A DNA stretch of 64,000 nucleotides, taken from contig OX337233.1 in assembly GCA_946965045.2 (NCBI GenBank), forward strand, positions 1,426,001 through 1,490,000, given 5' to 3'. This stretch comes from Epithemia pelagica (Eukaryota; Protista; Bacillariophyta). A program made the position numbers and the translations under genes. The notes beneath the pieces are model-generated. The model was not told where the DNA came from. It saw only the letters and a list, made by a program, of their open reading frames with translations, and ran no database searches. Shown here piece after piece: positions 1 through 10,191 of the stretch; the stretch's first letter is position 1, and each line of letters opens with the position of its first letter.

Positions 1-924
1 TCGTGTTTTGTTCAAGCGTTTGCTCATGAACCCTCTGGGCTCGCCGCATCGGACGAAGAAAACGCTCCCTCTACTCCCCAATCGGTCGAGTTTTCCCCTG
101 GTCGACTGAAGCATGATGCATATTCCGCATCCATACGGAAAGGTCTCGTGGCTTTGAAGGAGAAGGAGGGAAACGAAGACAGACCATGGCTGAGCTTTGG
201 GAGTTTTACGAGAAAAAGATCAAACTCTTCGGATACCGATGATGTCTCTTCTCAGGAGGTGTCGTCTCACAATTCTCCCCAATCTACTGACACGGGTAGG
301 AGCTCCCCCATGTTTGATTTGTCGGGTGGACGCGACTATCAGTCGCATAATCGCCAGGAAATTGCGAAACGAAGGAGACGGAAACGAAAACCCAAGCTCT
401 CAAAAGAAAAGAAGGTTACTCAAATGGTTGCTACCCAGTTGGAACTTGGACAAATGGTTCTCGAATTCGTATACCCAGACCTCCAAATAGACACAAACAA
501 ACAGTCGTGTCCTCACTGTTCCTACACCATGTCGGAAGATGAGGTGATTCAAGGATGGACGTCATGCTCCTTTGAAGACTTTACGACTAGTTGCATCAAA
601 TGCCGACACCGTTTCGTTCCTCATTTCTCAGTGGCATGTTCCGCTCCGACATTTAAGGGTTCGCAAGGACCAGGAAGTGCTTTGTTTTGTGAGTTTCTCA
701 GCCCTTGGGTAGTGCGCAAGGCTCTCCACCATGTTGTAAAAGGCGGGGGAGTGGGAATTCAAGGCATGCTCGACCCGGGTTGGCGTGGGGGAACGGACAT
801 TCGTGCAACGCTCTTTTGGAACCTGATTGTTCTGTGTCGTCGATACAACCTACCGTATACATTTCTGCTTCAAGGCAGTGTGGAGGGGAGAATGATCCTT
901 CCCCGAATGCCACAGGATATGTAG
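1..924 (+). CDS. DENND4-like (DENN-domain Rab GEF) protein, C-terminal part; 5'-truncated by window edge
   Basis: Frame open from base 1 to TAG at 922-924. The segment CPHC...EDEVIQGW...TSCIKC...FLSPWVVRKAL...LFWNLIVLCRRYNLP matches the DENND4 C-terminal pattern (CxxC...DEEIMAGW...CPxC...YLSPLVLRKEL...IFWNLVWYFRRLDLP). Confidence 0.75.
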   Translation, partial: SCFVQAFAHEPSGLAASDEENAPSTPQSVEFSPGRLKHDAYSASIRKGLVALKEKEGNEDRPWLSFGSFTRKRSNSSDTDDVSSQEVSSHNSPQSTDTGRSSPMFDLSGGRDYQSHNRQEIAKRRRRKRKPKLSKEKKVTQMVATQLELGQMVLEFVYPDLQIDTNKQSCPHCSYTMSEDEVIQGWTSCSFEDFTTSCIKCRHRFVPHFSVACSAPTFKGSQGPGSALFCEFLSPWVVRKALHHVVKGGGVGIQGMLDPGWRGGTDIRATLFWNLIVLCRRYNLPYTFLLQGSVEGRMILPRMPQDM

Positions 925-1217
925 TGCTCGGAATCGCAAGTAGTCCTGACATGGGATTGCAGCCTCAAGGGTTGTTTCACGTTCCTCGCATGAGCGATCT
1001 GGGTTCATGGAATATTCTAACCAGTACTCTAGTGTCACGTGGTCTCGTTCAAAGTACCATCTCTGTAGGAGATACTTGCGCAGATATCTCCCTCCCTACC
1101 TACCTAGGTACTCCTAGGTAAATGTGTGTGGTGTTGATGAATTTTGCGGTGATATAGCGTGCGATATCCAAATAATGCGACTGGATTCTGGATCTTTTCC
1201 CGAAGATCTTTTCGAAA

Positions 1218-2501
1218 ATGGCGAGTAACCGGTCTGGAGATGGGTGGAATGTGCACACGATGAACAGACAACGAATACTACGACGGTTGTGGTGGATCGT
1301 ACCACTGCTATCTACCGAGCTTTGTTCCGGTCTGGTTGCCGCGGCTGCTCGTTCTTCTCCCGGTTGTTCCATTCGCGGATGGTTCCTCCTATACTCATCC
1401 ATCGGAATGATGCTACAGCAAACCCCGTCCAACTACCATGTAATGGGGTGGCAACCGACCATCAAACCTTGTTGGACAAGAGGAATGACCGTGACAAGCA
1501 AATGTCAACAGGACAGCGATTCCGAACACAACAAATCCACTGAACATTCGGAGGACCTGCCATCCAAACTCAACAATCATAAGAATCAACCTCGTCGTCG
1601 CGGCTTTCCGCTGAGTCGTATTACCGGAGATGGAACCCCCTATCAATTTGTTCCGTGGCGTCCCGTGTCCTGTCAAGTCCACTGGGCCAACTATTCATCC
1701 TCGCCCTTTACATCATACGATTTCTCTCGAATGGATACCTGGCACGATGGCTTGTTTTATGGACTCCCTCGTCTCGTCTACCATGTCGACGAACCAGCCG
1801 TGTGTGCCTTGGTGCAGTATTATCGGACCCGCATTGCGCCCCAGTCCCGCATTCTCGATATTGGTTCCTCGTGGACCAGTCATTATCCAACCGAATTTCC
1901 AGACACTATGCAACGAATTGCAGTCCTGGGCATGAATGCGATGGAATTGTATTGCAATGATCAAGTCGTGGCGGATCCAACACAACACACATGGGACCAG
2001 CAGCAGCAAGAGAATCGGGTGGTGTTGGATTTGAATCAAGACGGTGGCCACGTATCCTTTCCCTTTGCCGACGAATCGTTTGATGTCGTGACATGTGCCT
2101 TGTCGATTGAATATCTGGTGAATCCCATTGCCGTCTTGCAAGAATGTCATCGCGTGTTGCGGCGTCCGGGTGGTAAAGTCATTGTTTCCTTTTCCACTCG
2201 ATGTTTTGCCACCAAGGCCATTCACATGTGGCTACGAGCCCCCAGCAGTCTCCAACATGTCGAACTGGTCAATGGCTTTTTCCATTTTGCGGGTGGCTAT
2301 GCCTCCCCGCGAGACTGTTGGGACATTACGCCCACGGTCCCGCCCTCACCCCTCGTCCAACTACTCCAGCAATTTCCCTTCCTTCCGTCCTTTCTTCGAC
2401 CACGCCCGAATCCAATCTATGTGGTGGAAGCGACTACTACCGATACTCCTACGGAACCTAGCTACTTGAGAAGAAAATCAATACGCACTGCACCACGTTA
2501 G
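1218..2501 (+). CDS. Class I SAM-dependent methyltransferase (Methyltransf_11 type) with N-terminal extension
   Basis: Motif I ILDIGSSW, FADESFDVVTCALSIEYL and ECHRVLRRPGG, plus the upstream signature DGLFYGLPRLVYHVD. The start could be ATG 1218 or a later ATG. Confidence 0.85.
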   Translation: MASNRSGDGWNVHTMNRQRILRRLWWIVPLLSTELCSGLVAAAARSSPGCSIRGWFLLYSSIGMMLQQTPSNYHVMGWQPTIKPCWTRGMTVTSKCQQDSDSEHNKSTEHSEDLPSKLNNHKNQPRRRGFPLSRITGDGTPYQFVPWRPVSCQVHWANYSSSPFTSYDFSRMDTWHDGLFYGLPRLVYHVDEPAVCALVQYYRTRIAPQSRILDIGSSWTSHYPTEFPDTMQRIAVLGMNAMELYCNDQVVADPTQHTWDQQQQENRVVLDLNQDGGHVSFPFADESFDVVTCALSIEYLVNPIAVLQECHRVLRRPGGKVIVSFSTRCFATKAIHMWLRAPSSLQHVELVNGFFHFAGGYASPRDCWDITPTVPPSPLVQLLQQFPFLPSFLRPRPNPIYVVEATTTDTPTEPSYLRRKSIRTAPR

Positions 2502-3468
2502 ACACCAGTGGTTTGTGGCCCATGGATCAAAGTTCATAACGTCAGCACCACTTTATGGACTTTGCTTTTTGTACAGCAAAATCTTTTCCAAGATGCCACT
2601 AATATCACTGTTCTACCAAATGTGCCTTAGCGCTACTGCCATCACCAACCACAAGTAGAACGGGTCGTTTTCTTTTGATCTTTGTTGTTTCTTGAGCACT
2701 CCATCCTGATTTTCTAGGTAGGAAAAAATGTAAAAAGGACCATTTGGTTTTTGGCGCTTTTTTGTGGGACAATGGAGATGGGGGATCGGCATCCTCCTCG
2801 ATTGGCACGCATCCTGTTTCTCTCGTGTTTGGCCCAACATGGCACGCGTCTTGTTTCGTGTAAGGATCATGGCGCGGGCTCAAGAGTTCCCGAATAGTTA
2901 TCAGATTTTGTTGGGGGACCCTGGGGGATGATTTGTATGTGTATTACGCGCGCCGGCACTCTAATTGTGCCTCTGCCGGTAAGTTTCAAATTTTTTGGGT
3001 GTCGACTCCAATAAAATGATCTAAGGAGTGTGGTTAACGGGTAAGTACATCGCCACGGTGAACGTCTTGTATCAACCATTTCCAGAGAAATTACCATCGA
3101 TATAACCATGTCTTAATGTATTATTTTCTGTTGGACGCGATTGCCGGACGGACAACGGCGTAAATTGCCAAGAAAAGACCATTCGACCGTGCGCCGGCCA
3201 CGTTATTCGCAGGTGCTCTCCAACCATTTTTCATCCTTTTTTTTGGTCGTCTCTGAATGAGAGCAACAACACCACCAAAACGACGACGACGTTCGAATAC
3301 CTTTTTGAAAAACCCAACAACAGAAGAGCCCAATAAAACTCTCTACACCGAATTCGACCGCTGTCCTGTTTGAGCTATCCGAACGTCATGCCCCTCTCCT
3401 GAGTCTGTTCATTTGATTTCCTAAAACTCTCGCATCCTCCTCAAGAGAGATAGAGAGTGAGGTATAGA

Positions 3469-5784
3469 ATGAGGACGTGGCCCACGTCTCCTCCACGGTC
3501 TGGCGAGCAGGACGAGGAGGAGGAGGATGACAAGGCACCCCTCTCACCAACCTCCTCGTCCTCACGAGATTATCACGGAGGTGGTGGTGGTGGAATTCGA
3601 TCCCCCCTCTTGCACGCCCGAACATCGTGGCAAAAATTTGTCAAACGACGAGGCGTGTCCAAAAAACGATCCTCGACTTCCTATGACCTCAAACACGTCA
3701 ATTCGCTGGAACGACGGTCGGTAAGTGTTGGTTCTGGAAGAACTGAGACTTTTTTGATTTGTCGCATTCTACAGGGACCTGTGCTAATTTTGGCTCTGGA
3801 TGGATCCATCGATTGTTTGTTTGTTTATTTGTTCGATTGTTGTGTCGTTGTAGTTTTCACCCGCCTCGCCATCTTCCAACCGGACAGACAAGACCTTTTT
3901 GTTTCGCGGCGATGGTAGTACCAGTCATGCCACGCCAACAAGGGAAGAATGTGACTTGCCCTTGTTGTATGCCTCGTCGCCTTCGTCGTCCAGTGACACG
4001 ACTAGTACGGTGACCACCCTGATTTCTTCGTCCCCCGTCGTTCATGCCATGGACGATGCCGAACGACGGTGGAATTCGTTGCAGGGGAATTTGAACGAGG
4101 CCGACATTGCGTCCGTGATTGGGGGCATTCGAGATTTGCGCAATTTGGACTTTGCCGACTTGGTCCGAACGCTCGAGTACAAGGAAAATGAATTAATGGC
4201 CATTCGACGGCAAATTCGTCATCGCTATCATGGACGTGGCATCAGCAGCAGCAACGGCAGTAGTATCCACAGGGATCATGAGGAACGAGGAGGAGGAGGA
4301 GGAGGCATGCTCGTCCCTTCCTCCCCACAAAGTAGTCATGGCACCAAAAGTAGTCGACACTCGGATGCCGACTCGCGAGCGGTGGTACCAGTCGAACAAG
4401 AAGAGGGGGAACGAGATTCGTTTGGGTTGGAAGAAAAAAAGGTGGAGGAACAACACCATGGGCTAATTCCGAAACAATCTCCATATACGACAGAATCTTG
4501 TGAAATGTTGGAACATCGTTTGAATGCACTGTGGCCGCAGACTGAAGAATTGCCCAAACCCTCCCTATCACGACCCAAAACCACATCGTGGTCCGACAGT
4601 GATACCCTCAACGATTCCGACAAGAATGGAGGCCCCGATTCGCCGGGGCGAAAAGATGCCATGGGAGGAGATTTGTTTGGCAATCTACCGAGTGCTCAGG
4701 GATATAATTTTGATGTGTGGGGTGCAGCACCGGAACCTGCTGCGGATGATGACGAGGGATCTATCGTGTTTGAAGCAACTCAGGAAGTAGATGACAAGCA
4801 GGGCAAGGCTTATACAACAAAAAGTCAAAATTGGGGAAGAAATATTTCTTATGGAGAGGGATGTGTTGGAGGCGAGTACACTTTGGGGATTCGAGCGCAA
4901 CATCACATGCCACCACCAGAGGAGCCGGACGATTCGGCCGATCCCTTTGCACTCGAAGAACGATCGGAAGACTCCATGTTGGGCCTCTACCGAGAAGCAT
5001 TAAAAAAGACTACGGTACGTATAACAGGAGAAAGATTTCCTTGGGACTGTACGCGATTTCTGACAGGATTGCACTTGATTTTTAGAGTCTTGGAACATGG
5101 GGCTGTCACATGGGAATGACAATGTCCGAAGCTGTTTCCAGCTATGCCAACCATCTTTGCGCTCCTGTGGAACCTACGAATAGAACGCCTCACAGTCAAA
5201 GGAGAGAGTCACTTTTTGACGCCATGTCTTCATCCTCCTATTCTAGCTCTTCCTTTCACAACTTTGCCGAATTCAAGGCATTGGAACAAGAGGAAGAAAA
5301 ACGAAAACAGATTGTGGAACAACATAAAAGGAGAGCTCAAAGCCATGTTCTTGCTGGACAACATGAGTCCATTGATTTTGGAAACGCTGAACCTTACAGT
5401 TCCTCGAACGAACCGCAGACAAGGATGAATGGTTCGGTACCTCAATCTCCCAGTAGAAGCCTGCAGGAATGGCCAAATCCTATTCTCTCCGCAGACAGTA
5501 GCTTAAATCTGGAAGCACTCTTGGGAGCAACTCCCATGGCGGGTCCAGGCGAACATTTTTCGTCCGCCTCCCCTTCGGCTGGTTTGACCACCATCTCCAA
5601 ACCGTTTGGAGAATCCTTTGACCACAACAGCTTCGACCGTCTCACATCCAGTTCACCTGTTTATAATAGAAGGACGTCAACTCCGTCGCCACCACGGCGT
5701 CCAGGGAAACCGCCAAAACCTCTCACGTCACCATCGCTAGCGCGACAACGAACCAGACCAAGAGTCCGGAAAACGCAATATTAA
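3469..5784 (+). CDS. Hypothetical low-complexity protein (~703 aa), 3 exons
   Basis: join(3469..3720,3854..5014,5086..5784). Introns GTAAGT...TTGTAG and GTACGT...TTTTAG are both phase 0 and join three ORFs in frame. No recognised domain. Confidence 0.65.
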
Positions 5785-5988
5785 TGTTAAAGCGTAAGGA
5801 TTTTTGGACCGGCGCCTCTTCTAAGTAGCAACATGTGCACGTAGGCATAGGAGTGAGAATACGTCCAAGGCAAATACAAGAGACTTATGACGCAATCCAA
5901 CGTTACACGCACGCACCTACTGCACAAATAGAGGTATCACTAAAAGTCATTCTCACCCCAGAGTTGCTTTGCGACAGTTATATAGGCT

Positions 5989-8900
5989 TTAGCTACTACC
6001 GCTGCGACTATGGTATGGTCGCAACGAGGTGCGACCACCGTAACTTGCATTCTCCCAGTCATGCATGGAAGTAGGCGAAACGGCTGTTTTGGGTTTGGCT
6101 TCAAACATATTGACAATGTTGGCAATCCCCGATGTGCTGCTGTCTCCACCCCTTGAGTGAGGCCGTCGCGGTTTGTACCGGCTAGGCTGCTCGTAACTGA
6201 TCGTTGACGTGGCATCGGATTGGGATTCCTGATCTTCCGCCGAATTCCCGTCCAACATATTACGGTTGTTGGATCGAAGCGCCCGTAATCTGGAACTGGA
6301 GGTTCGATTATGATGGTTCTGGCTACGGCCCGCGTTGGATGGAGACTTGAGGATATTTCGCACTGCCTTTGTCGTATGTGGCTTCCAAGATGAATTGACA
6401 AAACTCTCGGACGATGAGACTCCTACGCCCTCAATGGATGCAGGAGGAGTGTCTGGTGAACTGGTCGTGAGCCGTCCCATGGATGACGATCCGCTATGTC
6501 TGATGCTTCCTGGAGAGGACGATGATTCACCACTCGAATTGTTGGCCTTTTGTATTTGCTGTGAGGGAGGTGATGTCGAAGAGACCGACTTGTTATTGTC
6601 TCGGCTATTTTGCTGCAGTACAGCAGCTAGCGAAGATGATGTTCCACTCTTTGCCCCACCTTTGATGGGTGCAAACGTTGGAGCAGGAGGTTTTTGCTTC
6701 TTCATTCGCATTATTCCGAGTCTGCGGGATCCCTCATCTTCCTCCACACCATAATTAAGTTTGGACGCTTCCGACTCGGCCGTGCTCAAGTCTGAGGATG
6801 AGTTATTGGATTCAATTTGTGAAGACAAATCAGCTACTTCGGATTCTAGGCGCTGGACGGCCGAGATGTAGTACTGACTTGTCCTTGAGGTTTCTTCCAT
6901 AGTCCGCCTTTGTGGTGGACGCTTCCTGGACAATGCCGAATCATAACTCTTGTTCATTTTGTCTCGAGAAATATTGTTTTCGCTCAGGACCGATAGCCTT
7001 CTGGAAGTCGATGATGTCGCTTGTTGTTCTTTCTTCTCTTGATATTGCTTGACGTATTCTGAAAGTTGTGCCACCTCTTTCATCATGTCAAAGCTTGTCG
7101 ACCGATCATTGCTATTCTCATTATTGGCATCGTCGTCTTCATCATCCGAGTTGTCGGCCATTCGCGATTGTCTCATGGGTAAACCCATGGAATCATCGAC
7201 ACTATCACCTTCCATCCATGAGCTTGCTGTGGAGCGAACCGCATCCGTAGACGGCTGCTCAGTACCTTCGGTATCTGGAGAACCCCGTTCGTTGCCGCTG
7301 TCGATAGAGGGTTGACGACCAAGTGTTGTCGCCATCGCTGCCATCATCTTGCTGATTCGACCACCACCGCTTGAATTTTCACCATAGGGCTCAAACGATA
7401 CCCGTTTTCTTCCAGGATAACTTTTTGTGGACCAAGTAGAAGTGTTGACACCCCGACGATTCTCGTCCTCATCCTCATCATTGTCCTCGTAGACCGAAGG
7501 CCCCGAATGCGTTCGACTGTGGTTACTCATTACAGAAAAGGATGCTGATGTTGTGGGCGGGCGTCGACTGTTGCGAGCATTCGAAGATGGTGCCGGCAAG
7601 CGAGTCGCAGGAGGAGACGAAGAACCTGAAGACGAACGCTGTAGTAGCAGGGGTGGGTCATTCGCCTCGTCGTCATCCCCGTAGGGAAAAGAGAGTGTAC
7701 TGGGACTGACAGACATGACTTCGACGCCTTCTCCTCCTCCTGGTTTGGATGGACTTGTGGTATTACCCAAAATGGAAGGGTACATGGATGTCACGACACG
7801 ACCCTGCTTTCTCATTTGATCCTTTTTCCACTGATTCGCCTCCCATGCCTCTTCATCAGCAGTCGCGGCGTATTCCAGTTCTTGTGCAAACGGATCGCTG
7901 GCATCGTCCTCATCGTAGTCGTCATCATCGACACTGGTGGGACTGTTGGTTCTTCCAACCGTGCCTCTGCGGTATCCACTCGCCAACGAACCACCGTCCA
8001 GGATGGCAGTCTTGGAGTTTCCAGAGCGAGTGGAGGATGGTCGATTCGACTGATTGGGCCGTGGCATAATGTAGGTATGGTTCTTTCGCGCCTTGGTGCG
8101 CTTGCGATCCTCGGCCTGTTTTTGTCGATACTTTATGTACACATGCAACCAAAAGATGAGCGACAATATCACCAAACCAAGTAGTGAAAATCCTATAATC
8201 ATGCGAACCAGAGAAGGTTGGTCGTCATCATCACTGCCCTCTTCGTTGGTGGAAAGGGCACTTGGAGGGTCGTTGGGATAGCTAGTCGACCGTACTGTTA
8301 TGCCTTCAAAATTGGGAGAATTAGACAACGCTTGCTGTAGATTGGGTGGCGCCAAAGTGGACTTGATGCGGATGTCAGCCTCTTCAGTAAAGTTGGCCAC
8401 CACCAAATTCTCCTGAATGCTTTCAAACTCTAAGCGCACATTGGCTTCAATATTGCCAAAACGTGTAGGATTTTCTGTATCGAGAAGGCGTGGAATATCA
8501 GACTGCCGTAGGAGACGGCGTCGACTTTTGAACTCTCCTTCGATTCTCATCTTGACATCGGTTAACTGTGCCTCCAACGAATTCCGATAATAAGCTCCCA
8601 TGTTATTTTGTAAATAGTTTTGCCAAATGGTTTCCAGTTCCGACAGACTAATGGACTTTCCTTCTGGAATACCCATGAGAATGATTGCCAGCTTGTTGAA
8701 AACAATTCTATCACCTATTCCAACAATATCTGGTGGTTCCGAAGTATCCAGTGATGGACTGCTTGATGGAGCGTTTGAGGTCGAGGTCGACAGTTTGGTC
8801 AGGTCCGAAAACGTAGGGTAACCCGTGATGATTGATGTTTCCGTTGGACTTGCCGTGGGAACATTGTTTTCACTCAACGTTCTTCCAATGTAGTCAACTG

Positions 8901-9024
8901 AACGAGACGAAGACTCGCGGGCAAAGGTTGTTCGTTCTGGGTTTGTGGCTTCAATGGCTAGTGACTGACAAGAGAACCAAACAAGGAAGAATGTCCATCG
9001 CCACGATCGTATTCGTTTATTCAT
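5989..9024 (-). CDS. Single-pass type I membrane protein (~1011 aa): signal peptide, P/T/S-rich ectodomain, one TM helix, long disordered cytoplasmic tail
   Basis: Long uninterrupted ORF. Likely start MNKRIRSWRWTFFLVWFSCQSLAIEA (ATG 9024). TM segment MIIGFSLLGLVILSLIFWLHVYI is followed by basic KYRQKQ. Confidence 0.75.
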   Translation of the reverse strand: MNKRIRSWRWTFFLVWFSCQSLAIEATNPERTTFARESSSRSVDYIGRTLSENNVPTASPTETSIITGYPTFSDLTKLSTSTSNAPSSSPSLDTSEPPDIVGIGDRIVFNKLAIILMGIPEGKSISLSELETIWQNYLQNNMGAYYRNSLEAQLTDVKMRIEGEFKSRRRLLRQSDIPRLLDTENPTRFGNIEANVRLEFESIQENLVVANFTEEADIRIKSTLAPPNLQQALSNSPNFEGITVRSTSYPNDPPSALSTNEEGSDDDDQPSLVRMIIGFSLLGLVILSLIFWLHVYIKYRQKQAEDRKRTKARKNHTYIMPRPNQSNRPSSTRSGNSKTAILDGGSLASGYRRGTVGRTNSPTSVDDDDYDEDDASDPFAQELEYAATADEEAWEANQWKKDQMRKQGRVVTSMYPSILGNTTSPSKPGGGEGVEVMSVSPSTLSFPYGDDDEANDPPLLLQRSSSGSSSPPATRLPAPSSNARNSRRPPTTSASFSVMSNHSRTHSGPSVYEDNDEDEDENRRGVNTSTWSTKSYPGRKRVSFEPYGENSSGGGRISKMMAAMATTLGRQPSIDSGNERGSPDTEGTEQPSTDAVRSTASSWMEGDSVDDSMGLPMRQSRMADNSDDEDDDANNENSNDRSTSFDMMKEVAQLSEYVKQYQEKKEQQATSSTSRRLSVLSENNISRDKMNKSYDSALSRKRPPQRRTMEETSRTSQYYISAVQRLESEVADLSSQIESNNSSSDLSTAESEASKLNYGVEEDEGSRRLGIMRMKKQKPPAPTFAPIKGGAKSGTSSSLAAVLQQNSRDNNKSVSSTSPPSQQIQKANNSSGESSSSPGSIRHSGSSSMGRLTTSSPDTPPASIEGVGVSSSESFVNSSWKPHTTKAVRNILKSPSNAGRSQNHHNRTSSSRLRALRSNNRNMLDGNSAEDQESQSDATSTISYEQPSRYKPRRPHSRGGDSSTSGIANIVNMFEAKPKTAVSPTSMHDWENASYGGRTSLRPYHSRSGSS

Positions 9025-10191
9025 TCGTAGATTGCATGGAAATTGAGAGACGCAATGCACAGTAGCACAGTTTTGCTCGTGAACTGTAGATAGACCATTT
9101 TGGTTTCCCCAATTCTTCTCACTGAACACTGCAAGCAAATTATTGATTGGTATTCCTGAAAGGAAGACCGAAAGGTCATCCGGAACATCTGTGACCCCGC
9201 TTACGGAAGTGGACCATCCCATCATGGTTGCCGCTTGGCTTGTTCTTTTCCGACCCCGAACAGCATGACAAGTCGCCATCGTTGTTGTCATCATTGTCAA
9301 CGAGAGGCCTTCTCCTCGCTCTTTTCCAAGTCCTGTTTCGACACGGAAAGTCCTCCGATCAAACATCCAAGCAAGTTTTTCAGTTGTGTGATGGCGCATC
9401 TGTTCAATTAGCGTGAGCCGGAGGGCGCGCTAGAATTATTGCGCTTCTCACGTCCACGCTGGATTTCAAATTGGCGCGACGACACGACCACCACGAAGCG
9501 GTCCTGTGCGGGGTCACGCTTTCCTGCGAACGATCCCTTCAATATTCCTGGACGCTTGGATTTCCGTTATTCTGGTCAACGGTCGTATCTGTATTTAAAT
9601 ACGATTAAATAGTCACCGAAACGATACAACTCCTAAGCCAGTAATATTGCCGCCCGGTGCAACGGCAATGATATTCAAAGAAATATTGATAAGTAGTCAT
9701 TTTGTATGGCATGTAGAGTACTTTCCCGCGCCGGTCACGTCTGCTCCCGACTCCTCCCGACACAATTTTGAAGATCCTGCTGGATTCGGGAATGGATCCA
9801 TCTATGTGTGCTACTGTCGTGGTGCTATTCCTCTTGGACTAATCATGACAATGATGGTGACTCGCAATCTTGTCTCATTCGTAGGCACTCCGAGTCATCT
9901 TGCTAAAAACTCCGAAACTCTTGTTTCTGCAATCATGAGGAATTGTTACCGACACAGTTCGCGCGAACTACAGATCAGCGGCGGCACAATCCAGCCAACA
10001 AAAGGTTCCGGGCAAACGTAAGAGACACAGGCAAAGTGCCTTTGCTGACTGCTTTTGAATCGTAGTTTTAAAATGCGTCTGTTTTCTTCTCCGACATCAA
10101 CAGCAACCCCACTCAAAGCAACAGCAGATAAAGATAACTAGCTAGGTGATTATGTCTGTCTATGATACTCTTTTATTGTGCTGCCTAGACC

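Noticed and set aside
9024-9399. 5' extension of the 1136-aa ORF
   Set aside because: The signal peptide begins at ATG 9024; the upstream frame looks like UTR/promoter.
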